Below, in pieces: positions 48,036 through 58,163 of a stretch of 64,000 nt of DNA. Under the pieces are notes generated by a model. That model ran no database searches and was not told where the DNA came from. It was given only the letters and a program-made list of their open reading frames with translations. How positions within the stretch are numbered: the first letter of the stretch is position 1; each line of letters begins with the position of its first letter. Both the position numbers and the translations under genes were made by a program. The stretch spans positions 128,001 through 192,000 of the forward strand of contig CAVYIM010000006.1 in NCBI GenBank assembly GCA_963768655.1, written 5' to 3'. This DNA is from an uncultured Chloroflexia bacterium. Its GTDB lineage: Bacteria > Chloroflexota > Limnocylindria > Limnocylindrales > CSP1-4.

Positions 48036-51000
48036 GTGACAGTCGCGCCGAATGACTTCGTCCACTTGCACCTCCATTCCGAGTTCAGCCTGCTCGATGG
48101 GCTCGGGCGCATCAACGAGCTTGCCGACCAGGGATCGGCGCTCGGCTTCGACGCGATGGCGATCACCGACCACGGCGCCCTCTACGGAGCCGTGGCGTTC
48201 GTCCAGGCGACGACCGCGCGGGGCATCAAGCCGATCGTCGGGGTCGAGACCTACGTGGCCCGGCGAAGCATGCGCGACAAGGAGGGCAAGGCCGACAGCC
48301 AGCCCTTCCACCTCGTCCTGCTGGCCGAGAACTGGGAGGGCTACCAGAATCTCTGCCGTCTGATCACCGACGCCCATCTTGACGGTTACTACTACAGGCC
48401 GCGGATCGATCATGAACACCTGGCGAAGCATTCGAAGGGCCTGATCGGCCTGTCGGCCTGTCTCAGCGGCGAGGTGGCCAGGGCGCTCGAGGTCGACGAC
48501 TGGGACCTGGCCCGCAAGACCGCCGGCGACTACCGCGACATCTTCGGCCGGGACCGCTTCTTCCTCGAGTTGCAGGACCACGGCCTGCCCGACCAGCGGG
48601 TGCTCAATCCCAAGCTGCTCCGCCTCGCCCCCGAAGTCGGGCTCGACCTCGTCGTCACCAACGACCTGCACTACGTCCGCCGGGAGCAGCACGACGCCCA
48701 CGACGTGCTGCTGTGCGTGGGTACGGGCAGCAATCTGGACACGCCCGGGCGGATGCGGTTCGACTCGAACGAGTTCTACCTGAAGTCGGCGGCCGAGATG
48801 GCCGCGCTCTTCCCGGACAACCTCGACGCCATCCGTCGCACCCGTGCCATTGCCGAGATGGTCAGTTTGAAGCTGCCGTTCGGCCAGCTCCGGATTCCGT
48901 CATTCCCGGTCCCCGAGGGCGAGACCATCGAGAGCTGGCTGCGCAAGGAGTGCCAGGCCGGCCTGGCCCGCCGCTACGGCACCGTCACGCCCGAGCTCCA
49001 GGCCCGCCTCGACTACGAGCTCGATGTCATCTGCCGCATGGGCTACGCCGGCTACTTTCTGATCGTGGCCGACTTCACGAAGTTCGCCCGCGACCAGCAC
49101 ATCGCCATCACCGTCCGCGGCTCCGCGCCCGGGTCCATCGTGACCTACACCCTGGGCATCACGCCGGTCGACCCGATCCACTACCAGCTGCCGTTCGAGC
49201 GCTTCCTCAATCCCGACCGCGTGACGATGCCTGATATCGACGTCGACTTCGAGGACGGGCGGCGCGAGGAAGTCATCAACTACGTCAGCCGCAAGTACGG
49301 CGCCGATCACGTGGCCCAGATCATCACCTTCGGCACCATGCTCGCTCGGGCCGCCATTCGTGACGTGGCCCGGGTCGTCGGCATGAGCTACGGCGAGGGC
49401 GACCGCATTGCCAAGGCGGTCCCGAACCAGCTCGGAATCAGGCTGGACGAGGCGATCGAGATGAGCCCGGTGCTCAAGGAGATGTACCAGAGCGAGCCGC
49501 CGGTGCATCGCGTCATCGAATTCGCCAGGCAGCTGGAAGGCGTGGCCCGGAACGCCTCGACACACGCGGCCGGCGTCGTCATCAGCCGCGAGCCGCTGAC
49601 CGAGCTGATGCCTCTGCAGCGCGCGACCAACTCAGACGCGGTCATGACCCAGTACGAGATGCATGGCGTCGACGCGCTGGGCCTGCTCAAGTTCGACTTC
49701 CTGGGGCTCTCGAACCTGACCATCCTGCGCCAGGCGGTCGACCTGATTCGCGAACACCGCGGGCAGGAGATCGACCTCGAGAAGATCCCGCTCGACGACT
49801 CGAAGACCTTCGAGCTGCTGGCCTCGGGCGAGACGACCGGCGTGTTCCAGCTCGAGTCGGCGGGAATGCGGCGCTACATCCGTGAGCTCCGGCCGAGCAC
49901 TGTGTTCGACCTGGCGGCCATGGTCGCGCTCTACCGCCCCGGCCCGATGGACAACATCCCGGCCTACATCCGGCGCAAGCACGGCGAAGAGAAGGTTACC
50001 TACCTGCATCCGCTCCTCGAGCCATATCTCAATCGAACGTACGGCGTCTTCGTCTACCAGGAAGACATCATGTCCGCCTCGACCGCCCTGGCCGGCTTCA
50101 CCGGTCCCGAGGCCGACATGCTCGGCTACGCGATCCGCAAGAAGAAGGCCGCTCTCATGAACGAGATGCGCCACAAGTTCGTCACCCAGGCCGCCGAGCG
50201 GGGCGTCAAGCCGCAGGTGATCGACGCCGTCTTCGCCGCCTTCCAGCCCTTCGAGCGCTACGGCTTCAACAAGGCTCACGCCACCTGCTACGGGCTGATC
50301 GCTTACCAGACGGCGTACTTGAAGGCGAACTACACGGTCGAATACATGACCAGCGTCCTGACGGCTTTCCGAGACAACGAAGAGAAGGTCGCCGCCGCCG
50401 TCGCCGAATGCAGGCGCCTGGGCATCGAAGTCAGGCCGCCCGACGTCCACCGCTCGTTCGTCGAGTTCACGGTCGAAGACGACGCCATCCGGTTCGGCCT
50501 GCTGGCTGTCAAGAACGTCGGCGAGGGCGCGATCGAATCGATCATCGCGGCGCGTCAGGCCGATGGCGACTTCCGGTCGCTGGCCGACTTCTGCGCCCGG
50601 GTCGATCTCCGGCTGGTGAACCGGCGCGTCCTCGAGTCGCTGGTCAAGGTTGGCGCGATGAATCGGTTCGGGCATCCGGCCCAGCTGCTCGAGGCGCTCG
50701 ACGACGCGCTTGCCGCCGGCCAGGCCGCCCAGCGCGACCGGACCAGCGGCCAGACGGCGCTCTTCGACATGGGTTCGTCGCCGGAAGCCCTGGAGCGACC
50801 CCTGCCGGCGGTTCCCGAGGCGCTTTCTCGCGAACGGCTGCGCTGGGAGAAAGAGCTGCTCGGGCTGTACCTGTCGGAGCATCCGCTCGGCGCGCTGGCG
50901 GAGCAGATCGCCCAGTACGTGACCGCGTACTCCGGGGACCTCAAGGATGAGTCGCTCGATGGCCAGCGCGTCGTGATGGGCGGCATCGTCACCGGGCTGC

Positions 51001-52001
51001 GGACGGTGGTCACGCGGAGCAAGGAGACCATGGCCGTCGCCACGCTCGAAGACCTGCAGGGGACGCTCGAGGTGGTCGTCTTCCCGCGGATGTACGGAAC
51101 CTCCGGCGGCACGTTCGCGGAGGGCGCGATCCTGCTCGTGGCCGGCCGGGTCGACCATCGTGGCGAGGAGGCGTCGTTGCTCGCCGACGCGGTCTGGGTC
51201 TGGGAGGATGCCGCCGCCCGTGGCCCGGCGGCGATTGCCGGAGAAGTTGCCGCGGGGGATCGTGGGAGGGGCGGCAGCCGACGCTGGTCACCGGGGAGCG
51301 GCGCAGGGAGCGGCTCGGGGAGTGGCAACGGGAACGGTAACGGCGGCGGCAACGGGAACGGCTACGGCAACGTCCACCCGAAGCCCACCGCCGGCCCGGC
51401 TCCGGCCGCGCCGCCTCTGCCCATCACGCCGCCCGCGCCCGTCGCCCCCGTCGCGCCCATCGCCCCCGTCGCGCCCAGAGTTCGCGTCTCGCCGCTGCGG
51501 GGCGGTGGAGTGACCGTGCTCGATGCGCCGCCGTCACCCGCGCCGGGCTCCGCCGCGTCCCTGCCGCCCGCGCCGGGAGTGGCTGCGTCGCTGCCGGCGG
51601 AGCCCCTCTCGTCCGCGCCTGCCCCTAAAGACCTGGCTGCCCTGGCGCCCGACCGCGAGGAGCCGCCGCTGCCCGATGAGGCGCGAGACGTTGCGGCCCG
51701 TGCATCCGCGGCGCCCACGACCCCGCTCGAGGCTCCGGAAACGGGCGTCCTCCAGGTACGCTTCACCAGGGGCGCGGACACCGACCGCATCGTGTGGGCG
51801 ATGGAGGAGCTGCGGGCGATGCTCAAGGAACATCCCGGCTCGACACGCGTGGTCTTCCACATCCCGGGGCCCGGTGGAGCAACGCTGCCGCTCGAGATCC
51901 GCAGCGGCGTTGCCTACGACGCCGAGCTTCTCTCTGAGGCCCGTCGGCGCCTGGGGGAGGGTCTGGTCCGCCTCGAGCTCTCGGTCGGGGGCAGGGCGTG
52001 A
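48036..52001 (+). CDS. dnaE: DNA polymerase III alpha subunit
   Basis: FVHLHLHSEFSLLDG PHP domain, RGSAPGS, MPDIDVDF, LLKFDFLGL, YGFNKAH and an OB fold. Confidence 0.98.
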   Translation: MTVAPNDFVHLHLHSEFSLLDGLGRINELADQGSALGFDAMAITDHGALYGAVAFVQATTARGIKPIVGVETYVARRSMRDKEGKADSQPFHLVLLAENWEGYQNLCRLITDAHLDGYYYRPRIDHEHLAKHSKGLIGLSACLSGEVARALEVDDWDLARKTAGDYRDIFGRDRFFLELQDHGLPDQRVLNPKLLRLAPEVGLDLVVTNDLHYVRREQHDAHDVLLCVGTGSNLDTPGRMRFDSNEFYLKSAAEMAALFPDNLDAIRRTRAIAEMVSLKLPFGQLRIPSFPVPEGETIESWLRKECQAGLARRYGTVTPELQARLDYELDVICRMGYAGYFLIVADFTKFARDQHIAITVRGSAPGSIVTYTLGITPVDPIHYQLPFERFLNPDRVTMPDIDVDFEDGRREEVINYVSRKYGADHVAQIITFGTMLARAAIRDVARVVGMSYGEGDRIAKAVPNQLGIRLDEAIEMSPVLKEMYQSEPPVHRVIEFARQLEGVARNASTHAAGVVISREPLTELMPLQRATNSDAVMTQYEMHGVDALGLLKFDFLGLSNLTILRQAVDLIREHRGQEIDLEKIPLDDSKTFELLASGETTGVFQLESAGMRRYIRELRPSTVFDLAAMVALYRPGPMDNIPAYIRRKHGEEKVTYLHPLLEPYLNRTYGVFVYQEDIMSASTALAGFTGPEADMLGYAIRKKKAALMNEMRHKFVTQAAERGVKPQVIDAVFAAFQPFERYGFNKAHATCYGLIAYQTAYLKANYTVEYMTSVLTAFRDNEEKVAAAVAECRRLGIEVRPPDVHRSFVEFTVEDDAIRFGLLAVKNVGEGAIESIIAARQADGDFRSLADFCARVDLRLVNRRVLESLVKVGAMNRFGHPAQLLEALDDALAAGQAAQRDRTSGQTALFDMGSSPEALERPLPAVPEALSRERLRWEKELLGLYLSEHPLGALAEQIAQYVTAYSGDLKDESLDGQRVVMGGIVTGLRTVVTRSKETMAVATLEDLQGTLEVVVFPRMYGTSGGTFAEGAILLVAGRVDHRGEEASLLADAVWVWEDAAARGPAAIAGEVAAGDRGRGGSRRWSPGSGAGSGSGSGNGNGNGGGNGNGYGNVHPKPTAGPAPAAPPLPITPPAPVAPVAPIAPVAPRVRVSPLRGGGVTVLDAPPSPAPGSAASLPPAPGVAASLPAEPLSSAPAPKDLAALAPDREEPPLPDEARDVAARASAAPTTPLEAPETGVLQVRFTRGADTDRIVWAMEELRAMLKEHPGSTRVVFHIPGPGGATLPLEIRSGVAYDAELLSEARRRLGEGLVRLELSVGGRA

Positions 52002-52373
52002 ACGCACCTCGGGGCGATCCCGATCTGCGGGCGGCCGGGCAGACCCACCGCCTGCTTTCGGGTCGCCGCCGCTACCTCGTCGGCGCCGCGGTCGTGGCTA
52101 TCTGGCTGCTCGTCGCCCTGGTGGTGGGACTGGCCACCGCGAGCGGCGTAGTCTGGTTCTGAGGGCGGCGCCGCGCCTGACACGGCTCCTGCGCAACCCT
52201 TCGGCTCGACTCCCGGCTACAATGCGCGCGGCTGCCCCTGCTTGCTCGGCCGTGGTCGACGGGGCAGAGGGGGCAACCGACCCGGCGGAGCCGTCGGGAA
52301 CTCGGGACGACGGCGCCCCCGGGGGCGTCTCAGCGGAAACGTCGCTACCAGCCGGGATCGGGGACGTTTGGCA

Positions 52374-54182
52374 ATGAATGGGCAACAACCATCGCCGGGC
52401 CGAAGGGCCCATCCGGGGGTAGGGGGGACGGCAGGGAAGCGCCAGCGGTCTGTTCCGCCCGCGGTCGCTGCATTCTTCTCGGCCCTGTTTCCCGGGGCCG
52501 GGCAGGCCGTGGCGGGCAGGCCGCGCCGAGGGGCGATCGTGGCCATGCCATTTCTCGTGGTGGTGGCCGCTCTCCTTGTGATCGCCATCGTCGATCGCCA
52601 GAGCGTGGAGAACGGTGCCTTCAACCAGCAGTGGTTGACCAACCTGTTGTTCGTCGACATCCTGGCGCTCATCTACCATCTCTGGGCCGTTTTCAATTCG
52701 TACGTGCTGGCAAGCCGGGGCCAGCCCCGGACGGACCGCAGGAAGACCACCGCCAGGAAGTGGGCGGCTACGTTCGGTGTTCTGGTGATCGTCTCGGGAA
52801 CGGTGGTGTTCCAGCACGCGGCTCTCGCCTCGGTGGACATGGGCTGGCAGCACGATCTTTCATGCTGGTCGGCCCTGACGCCATGCTTCGCCAGCAGCGA
52901 CACGCTCGCTCCGGGCCAGACGATCGCGATGGACTCGAACGATCCAGATGATCAGCAGCTGGCCACCGATACGCCAGACGACACGGGTCCTGTTCCCTCG
53001 AACAGCCCGTCCTTCGACTCCAACGCGACGTTCGACATAAGCGCCCTGCCGTCGATCGCGACAACGCCCGACTCGGTGAACTGGGCTGCGGACGGACAGC
53101 TGAACGTGTTGCTCGTCGGCGTGGACGCAGGGCTCGGGGGCGGGCGCAGCACGGGCCTGAGGCCGGACACCATGATCGTGCTCCACGTCGACATCGCATC
53201 CGGTCGAGCGGCCCTGATCGGCATCCCGCGGAACACGATGTGCGTCCCGCTACCGCAGCAGATCGCGGTGCACTACTCCAGCAGCGTCAACGGCTGCCCC
53301 GCGTATACGTGGCCCTACATGCTCAACTGGCTCGCCAACGACGCGGGATGGAACCACCCAAGCTATTACCCGTTCTTCCAGGGCAGCGGCCTCGAGTACA
53401 CCCGCGCCATGACCGCCACCCAGGAAGCCATCGGAACGCTGACGGGCCTGACGATCGATGGTTTCGTCGTCATCAACCTGATGGGCCTGGTCAATCTCAT
53501 CGACGATGTCGGCGGGATCAACATCACCGTTCCAACTACGGTGGCCGACTACCCCTGCGGTCCGAAAGGCACGTTCCAGTCGAAATGGCGGGTCTGCGAC
53601 CTCAACCCGGGTGCTCCGGCCGGAAGCTCCAGCAAGGTCCACTACGGGTACGAGGTTCCCGAGGACTCGCCTACGGTGATTGCCCACATGATCGCTGATG
53701 CCGCCCAGTCAGGCGGGAAGCAATCGATCTCGTGGAGCTCCGGGGCCGACATAGCCTTCACCATCAAAGCCGGCGCGCAGCATATGGATGGGGATTGGGC
53801 TCTCGCATACGCCCGAACTCGCATCTACTCCAGCGACTACGACCGGATGATGCGCCAGCAGCTGGTTCTCAAGTCCATGCGCAACACCCTCGACCCGTGC
53901 ACGCTGCTGCCACAGATACCCAGCCTCGTCAACAACCTCGGCACGGCGTTCTGGACAAACATGCCACTAGGCGATGCCTCTCAGTGGGCGGGCATGGCCA
54001 AGTACATCGTCGGCGCCAACGTCAAGAGCATCACCCTCGACCCCAAGACGTTGGGGACCAACACCACCTACATCAACGCGACGTCCTGGGCCACCATCAA
54101 GAACCTCGTGGCCCACAGCCTGGACAACGTTCCTCCCGTAAGCGCGAGCGGCGGTGGCGGCGGGAGCGGCTTCAGCTGCTGA
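52374..54182 (+). CDS. LCP (LytR-CpsA-Psr) family cell-wall ligase with N-terminal TM helices
   Basis: NVLLVGVD, RPDTMIV, IGIPRN, ALAYARTR and DYDRMMRQQ motifs. Confidence 0.92.
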   Translation: MNGQQPSPGRRAHPGVGGTAGKRQRSVPPAVAAFFSALFPGAGQAVAGRPRRGAIVAMPFLVVVAALLVIAIVDRQSVENGAFNQQWLTNLLFVDILALIYHLWAVFNSYVLASRGQPRTDRRKTTARKWAATFGVLVIVSGTVVFQHAALASVDMGWQHDLSCWSALTPCFASSDTLAPGQTIAMDSNDPDDQQLATDTPDDTGPVPSNSPSFDSNATFDISALPSIATTPDSVNWAADGQLNVLLVGVDAGLGGGRSTGLRPDTMIVLHVDIASGRAALIGIPRNTMCVPLPQQIAVHYSSSVNGCPAYTWPYMLNWLANDAGWNHPSYYPFFQGSGLEYTRAMTATQEAIGTLTGLTIDGFVVINLMGLVNLIDDVGGINITVPTTVADYPCGPKGTFQSKWRVCDLNPGAPAGSSSKVHYGYEVPEDSPTVIAHMIADAAQSGGKQSISWSSGADIAFTIKAGAQHMDGDWALAYARTRIYSSDYDRMMRQQLVLKSMRNTLDPCTLLPQIPSLVNNLGTAFWTNMPLGDASQWAGMAKYIVGANVKSITLDPKTLGTNTTYINATSWATIKNLVAHSLDNVPPVSASGGGGGSGFSC

Positions 54183-54242
54183 CCTGATCGGAGCCGGGCC
54201 GCGGTTTCCGAGTGCCGTCGATCGGCCGGGCGGATTGGAGTG

Positions 54243-54267
54243 TGGTGCCGACGGCGGGAGTCGGCAC
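54243..54267. repeat. Distal att site: 19-bp copy of the tRNA 3' end with an inverted core GTGCCGAC-N7-GTCGGCAC
   Basis: 54243-54261 is identical to 61653-61671. A perfect 8-bp inverted repeat (54245-54252/54260-54267) surrounds a 7-bp spacer. Confidence 0.93.
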
Positions 54268-54312
54268 GGATAGGGTCCGTTCGTGCTCAGGAGCACCCCG
54301 AAAAGGGCCAGT

Positions 54313-54335
54313 GTGTTCCCATGGGTGTTCCCATC
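54313..54335. repeat. Probable integrase arm-type site (left)
   Basis: gtgttcccatgggtgttcccatc, a tandem GTGTTCCCAT repeat, identical to 61537-61559. Confidence 0.8.
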
Positions 54336-54361
54336 GCGTCCGGAAATGGCGCGCGGAGCCC

Positions 54362-55510
54362 CTACGACGTCCGTCTCAACGCACTGTCGACGCGGTCCGC
54401 CGCATCCCGCAGGCTCGCGTCCAGGACGCCGGTGTAGTGGTGTGTCATGGCCTCGGCGGCATGGCCCAGGGCCGCCATCGCTACGCGCTGGTGAACGCCC
54501 TGCGCCGCCAGGACGGTCGCGAACCCGTGCCGGAGATCGTGCAACCGGACATCGCCAATAGCTGCTGCCAGCATCGCGTCGCGGAAGTGGCGGTCGAGCG
54601 TGTTTGGATGCCAGGCGAAGAGTCGGCCGTCGATCGGTGCGGGCTGCGTTTCGCGCCAGGCGAGGTACTCGCGCACGGCCTCGACGGCGAGCGCCGGCAT
54701 AGCGACGGTTCGGACGCTGCTCGCGGTCTTCGTTTCCCGCAGCCGCGCACCCTGGCCTGGCACGCGGCCGTACTGGCCGTGCACCGTCAGGATCGCTGCC
54801 TCGAGATCGACGTCGCCGGCCCGAAGGCCGAGGATCTCCCCGCGGCGGAGGCCGCAGGCGCCCGCAAGCAAGACGATCGGGTAGAGCCTGGTCCGTGCGG
54901 TGGCGTCGAAGATCGCGCGGAGCTCGTCGGGCCCGATTGTCGGGACCTGCCGCTTCTCGGCCGCCGGAGGCGCGTCGACCAGGGCGGCGACGTTGCGCGC
55001 CACCAGACCCTGGGCCTGGGCATAGCGAAGGGCGGACGACAACCGAACCAACGTGTGAGCACCAGGGCCGCCCCAGGATCGGACAGCCGCACGGACGTCC
55101 TCGACCGTTAGTTCGTGCAGTCGGATCGCGCCGAGCGATGGGCGGATTCGTAGCTTCGCGTCCAACTCGTACGCCTCAAGCGTCAGTGGGCGGACGCGGT
55201 CCTTGCAGCCCTCAAGCCAGGAGTCGACAACCTCAGCTACGGTCGTATCGATCGAGCGCAACGAGACTCCCGACTCCTGCAGCTCGACGAGGTCGCGCAG
55301 AAGCTTCGTGCCGGCCCTTTCCGCCTCTCTCTTCGTCGGATACCCCGCCGTCCGGGGTCGTCGCCGCGTGCCGGTCTCGTCGACGTAGCTGCCCTGCCAG
55401 CGCCAGCGGCGCACACGGAACTTGTCCGTCGACTCCACGACGGAGCCCTGGCCGCGGTGGCGGGTTTGCTTGCCATGCTTGCCGTTTGGGTTCGGCATGT
55501 CTTCCATCAT
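54362..55510 (-). CDS. Tyrosine recombinase/integrase
   Basis: GLRRGE, TKT, HDLRH, LGH and the catalytic Tyr (THHYT); N-terminal arm-binding-like GQGSV...W region. Confidence 0.96.
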   Translation of the reverse strand: MMEDMPNPNGKHGKQTRHRGQGSVVESTDKFRVRRWRWQGSYVDETGTRRRPRTAGYPTKREAERAGTKLLRDLVELQESGVSLRSIDTTVAEVVDSWLEGCKDRVRPLTLEAYELDAKLRIRPSLGAIRLHELTVEDVRAAVRSWGGPGAHTLVRLSSALRYAQAQGLVARNVAALVDAPPAAEKRQVPTIGPDELRAIFDATARTRLYPIVLLAGACGLRRGEILGLRAGDVDLEAAILTVHGQYGRVPGQGARLRETKTASSVRTVAMPALAVEAVREYLAWRETQPAPIDGRLFAWHPNTLDRHFRDAMLAAAIGDVRLHDLRHGFATVLAAQGVHQRVAMAALGHAAEAMTHHYTGVLDASLRDAADRVDSALRRTS

Positions 55511-55673
55511 CCTCCAGTAGATTGGCGAGACGGTCGCGGCGCGCATACACGACGCGCTTGCTGATACGCGTGCAGGCTTCGGGGTGCCGACGCATCAGGA
55601 CGCGGACGTGGGCGGGCGGGATGCCGAGCTCGCCGGCGACCTGGGCGACCGAGAGCAACGGTTGATCGGTCAT
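55233..55673 (-). CDS. Excisionase-like HTH protein whose C-terminal part overlaps int out of frame
   Basis: LLSVAQVAGELGIP winged-HTH start; located between rep and int; ATGA overlap with the rep stop. Confidence 0.7.
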   Translation of the reverse strand: MTDQPLLSVAQVAGELGIPPAHVRVLMRRHPEACTRISKRVVYARRDRLANLLEDDGRHAEPKRQAWQANPPPRPGLRRGVDGQVPCAPLALAGQLRRRDRHAATTPDGGVSDEERGGKGRHEASARPRRAAGVGSLVALDRYDRS

Positions 55674-57136
55674 GCAGAACTCGTGGACGGACCCGATGGC
55701 CCTGATCTTGCACTGAGCGTCACCTGCACCCGCAGGCGCCGTCGAGGATCCACCGACTTGATGACCGTACTGGACCTGGCACTGACTCTCAATGTCGGGC
55801 TCGCTCGAAAGCTCGCCGCCACCGCGCGCTCGGCCGGGCTCAAGCCCGATCCGGCGTAGTGGAAGCTCCGCCGGATGACGACCTGGTCGCCGACGGCCCG
55901 GGCACGGATCTGAGTGAGCCAGGGATCGGCCTGGGCTCGATACTGCGCCCGGACGGCTCGTAGCGCTCCGAACGTCACCGAGTAGCGTCGGGCCTTGGTC
56001 AGGAAATGACCACGAAAGCCCAGGCTGTGGGCCCAGCGGGGGCTGATCCGCCAGGCTGAGCGCATCAGGGCCCGAGCATGATCGGATAGGTCGGCTCGTT
56101 CGATCACTCCCTCAACCCGGATCCGTCGATCGAGACCACCACCGGCTTGGGCGTCCTTGGTGGCGTATTTCGCGAGGTAGCCCGCGACGCCGGCTCCCTG
56201 CCCGTCGCCGGCGCGCGGGCTACCGGTGTTCAGCGGTCTCGTGTCGATCTGGTCACCCCAGCGGATCATGACCTCTCGACCACCCGGTCCCGCCACCGTG
56301 ACCGCTACGCGCGCCGCGGTGCGGGCGACGGCTCCCGCTAAGCGCTCCGCCGTCGCTCCTCCCGTCGGCGCGGTGTCGGGACCGTCGGGGCCGTCGAGGC
56401 GGATGACCGCATGGAGGTGGACCGATCCACGAGCCTGGAACTCGGCGACCTTGGCATAGGCGACACGGACCCCGGTGCGCAGGGCCGCAACGCTAAGTCC
56501 GCACAACGCCGCGAGCTCGCGCGGCAGGTACGTGACCGTGCGCCGCCAGAGAGCTCCGAGATTCGCGTTCCACAAGGCCGCGGCCTCGTAGTCGTAGCAG
56601 TCCGGACAGAGGGCCTGGCCGATCCGTGGATCGTTATCGGCATGAGGCTCCATACAGCGGAGCGAGACGCCATGCTCGCAGGTAGCAAGACCACCGGGCT
56701 CGCAGGGCCGTTCGCCACCAGCGTCGACGACCCTGCGATGCACCGTGCCGAACGATGGTGCGGTCAACGTCGCGAAGACGAGCGGGTGCGAGGCAACCGA
56801 GGGCGAGACGCCTCGGGCCTCATCACCCGCCAATCCAGCCGCCACGAGGAAGTAGGCGTCGCGGCGATACCGCTCGGAGCAGGGGGGACATCGTGACTCG
56901 CGTCGATTGCCACAGGCAACCAGAACGAAGCCTGGAGCCTCCGCTCTGGTCGACCGCCGGGCAAGGACTGCGCCTGTCCTTGCCGAGACGGCGACCGCAT
57001 CGCCTTCGAGGCGGATCGGCGACGTGCACCCGCCGGTCCGCCGGATCAGCTCGACGACTGCAGGTGCCCCGGAGCCGTAGCGGCGTGAGAGGACGGCCAG
57101 GGGCTCGAGCGGGGATGGGGACGCAGACTCGACCAC
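55670..57136 (-). CDS. RepSA-type rolling-circle replication initiator
   Basis: GGCTSPIRL, CGNRRESRCPPCS, FATLTAPSFG, CPDCYDY, the HUH motif (HLHAVIRLDG), YLAKYATK and WAHSLGFRGHFLTKARRYS. Confidence 0.92.
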   Translation of the reverse strand: MVESASPSPLEPLAVLSRRYGSGAPAVVELIRRTGGCTSPIRLEGDAVAVSARTGAVLARRSTRAEAPGFVLVACGNRRESRCPPCSERYRRDAYFLVAAGLAGDEARGVSPSVASHPLVFATLTAPSFGTVHRRVVDAGGERPCEPGGLATCEHGVSLRCMEPHADNDPRIGQALCPDCYDYEAAALWNANLGALWRRTVTYLPRELAALCGLSVAALRTGVRVAYAKVAEFQARGSVHLHAVIRLDGPDGPDTAPTGGATAERLAGAVARTAARVAVTVAGPGGREVMIRWGDQIDTRPLNTGSPRAGDGQGAGVAGYLAKYATKDAQAGGGLDRRIRVEGVIERADLSDHARALMRSAWRISPRWAHSLGFRGHFLTKARRYSVTFGALRAVRAQYRAQADPWLTQIRARAVGDQVVIRRSFHYAGSGLSPAERAVAASFRASPTLRVSARSSTVIKSVDPRRRLRVQVTLSARSGPSGPSTSSA

Positions 57137-57145
57137 GGCCTACTC

Positions 57146-57571
57146 CTAGGCGGTCTGCTCGGGGCGACGGAGCTGCTGGGGGACCTGGTTCTTCGGGATG
57201 GCGGCGCGAACCGCCGTCGCCCGGAACGAATAGGCGAGCCTTGGCCGAGAGCCCGAGACGTCCACGTAGGCCGTCACGGTCAGCCCCTCGAACGCGACCG
57301 CCGGGAACGGCGAACCTGAAGGCGCCTGCGGCAGCACAGGCGGCGTCCGCGAAGCGATCTTGACCCGGACGACCTTGGTTCTCGCGTCGGGATCGGCGTC
57401 GAACACCGAGATCACCCATACAGGCAACCCCGAGTCGCGATCGTGGGCCTGGACCTTCTGCTCGCGCGTCGAGGCCTCGAAGTCGACGACCTGTTCGACG
57501 CCGCCAACGGCATATGCCCCGTGCGGAAATGCCTGGTCCATGCTGATGGGGATGTGTCTACCAAGCGCCAT
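57146..57571 (-). CDS. SCO3933-like 'plasmid replication, integration and excision activator' family protein
   Basis: AFPHGAY..V..V.DFE...Q..D..SGLPVW...D.DP...VKI....PV.P...V.FEGLTVTAYV...LAYSFRA pattern; AAGGAG RBS. Confidence 0.8.
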   Translation of the reverse strand: MALGRHIPISMDQAFPHGAYAVGGVEQVVDFEASTREQKVQAHDRDSGLPVWVISVFDADPDARTKVVRVKIASRTPPVLPQAPSGSPFPAVAFEGLTVTAYVDVSGSRPRLAYSFRATAVRAAIPKNQVPQQLRRPEQTA

Positions 57572-57587
57572 GTCTGTCTCTCCTTGT

Positions 57588-57612
57588 CTGATTTCGACCA
57601 CACCGAAATCAG
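57588..57612. promoter_or_regulatory. 9-bp inverted repeat just upstream of the RBS of the element's core operon
   Basis: ctgatttcg-accacac-cgaaatcag. Confidence 0.5.
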
Positions 57613-57729
57613 CCGACGCGTTGGGCACAGCTATCGCCGGAAGCCCGCGTCAAGCGGCTCGAAAAGTGGGGGCGACCCTCGGGTGTTTCCCGGATGCCTT
57701 ACCGGGACCTGGGCCGGTCGCCGAAGAGG

Positions 57730-57758
57730 ACGCTAGGCCGACGGATCGGGAGCGTCAA
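57730..57758 (-). promoter_or_regulatory. Sigma-A type promoter for the activator-rep-xis-int operon
   Basis: Minus strand TTGACG, 17 nt, TAGCGT. Confidence 0.6.
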
Positions 57759-58163
57759 GGGGTTCAGCGTACGATTCCACGTACCATTTGCGGCACACGG
57801 TGGCCGCGCTTGCCCCTGTCAGCGCACGAACGCCATTCCTGCTGTCGCCGGCAGCCGGCGGCCACGAACCTTGATCGCAGCGGACATGGGACCGCCCAAG
57901 GCGCAGCCGTCGGCCTACCCGAGGCCGCGAACCTCGAGGGTGATGACTCGGCAGATCGCTGCGACCGGCGAGTATGGCCCGGGACGAGGCCACCGGGCGA
58001 GTTCGCCTCTTATCGCCGCGATCCGCGGTTGGGAAGCACACGGAGGGGGCGGGGGCTTGTTACGAGTTTCTCTACTGCATCAAGGCTGTCCCGCTCCTTC
58101 GATCCTCGCCTTGGCGCAGTCGAACGACGGATTGGCACCCGAGGGCGTCCTTGTCCAGGCCGA

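Noticed and set aside
51260-51740. Intein or other mobile insertion in dnaE
   Set aside because: The insert is a G/S/N- and P/A-rich linker without Cys/Ser...His-Asn splice motifs or LAGLIDADG blocks.
54243-54267. A second tRNA gene
   Set aside because: Only the 19-bp 3' end is present, so it is the att duplication.
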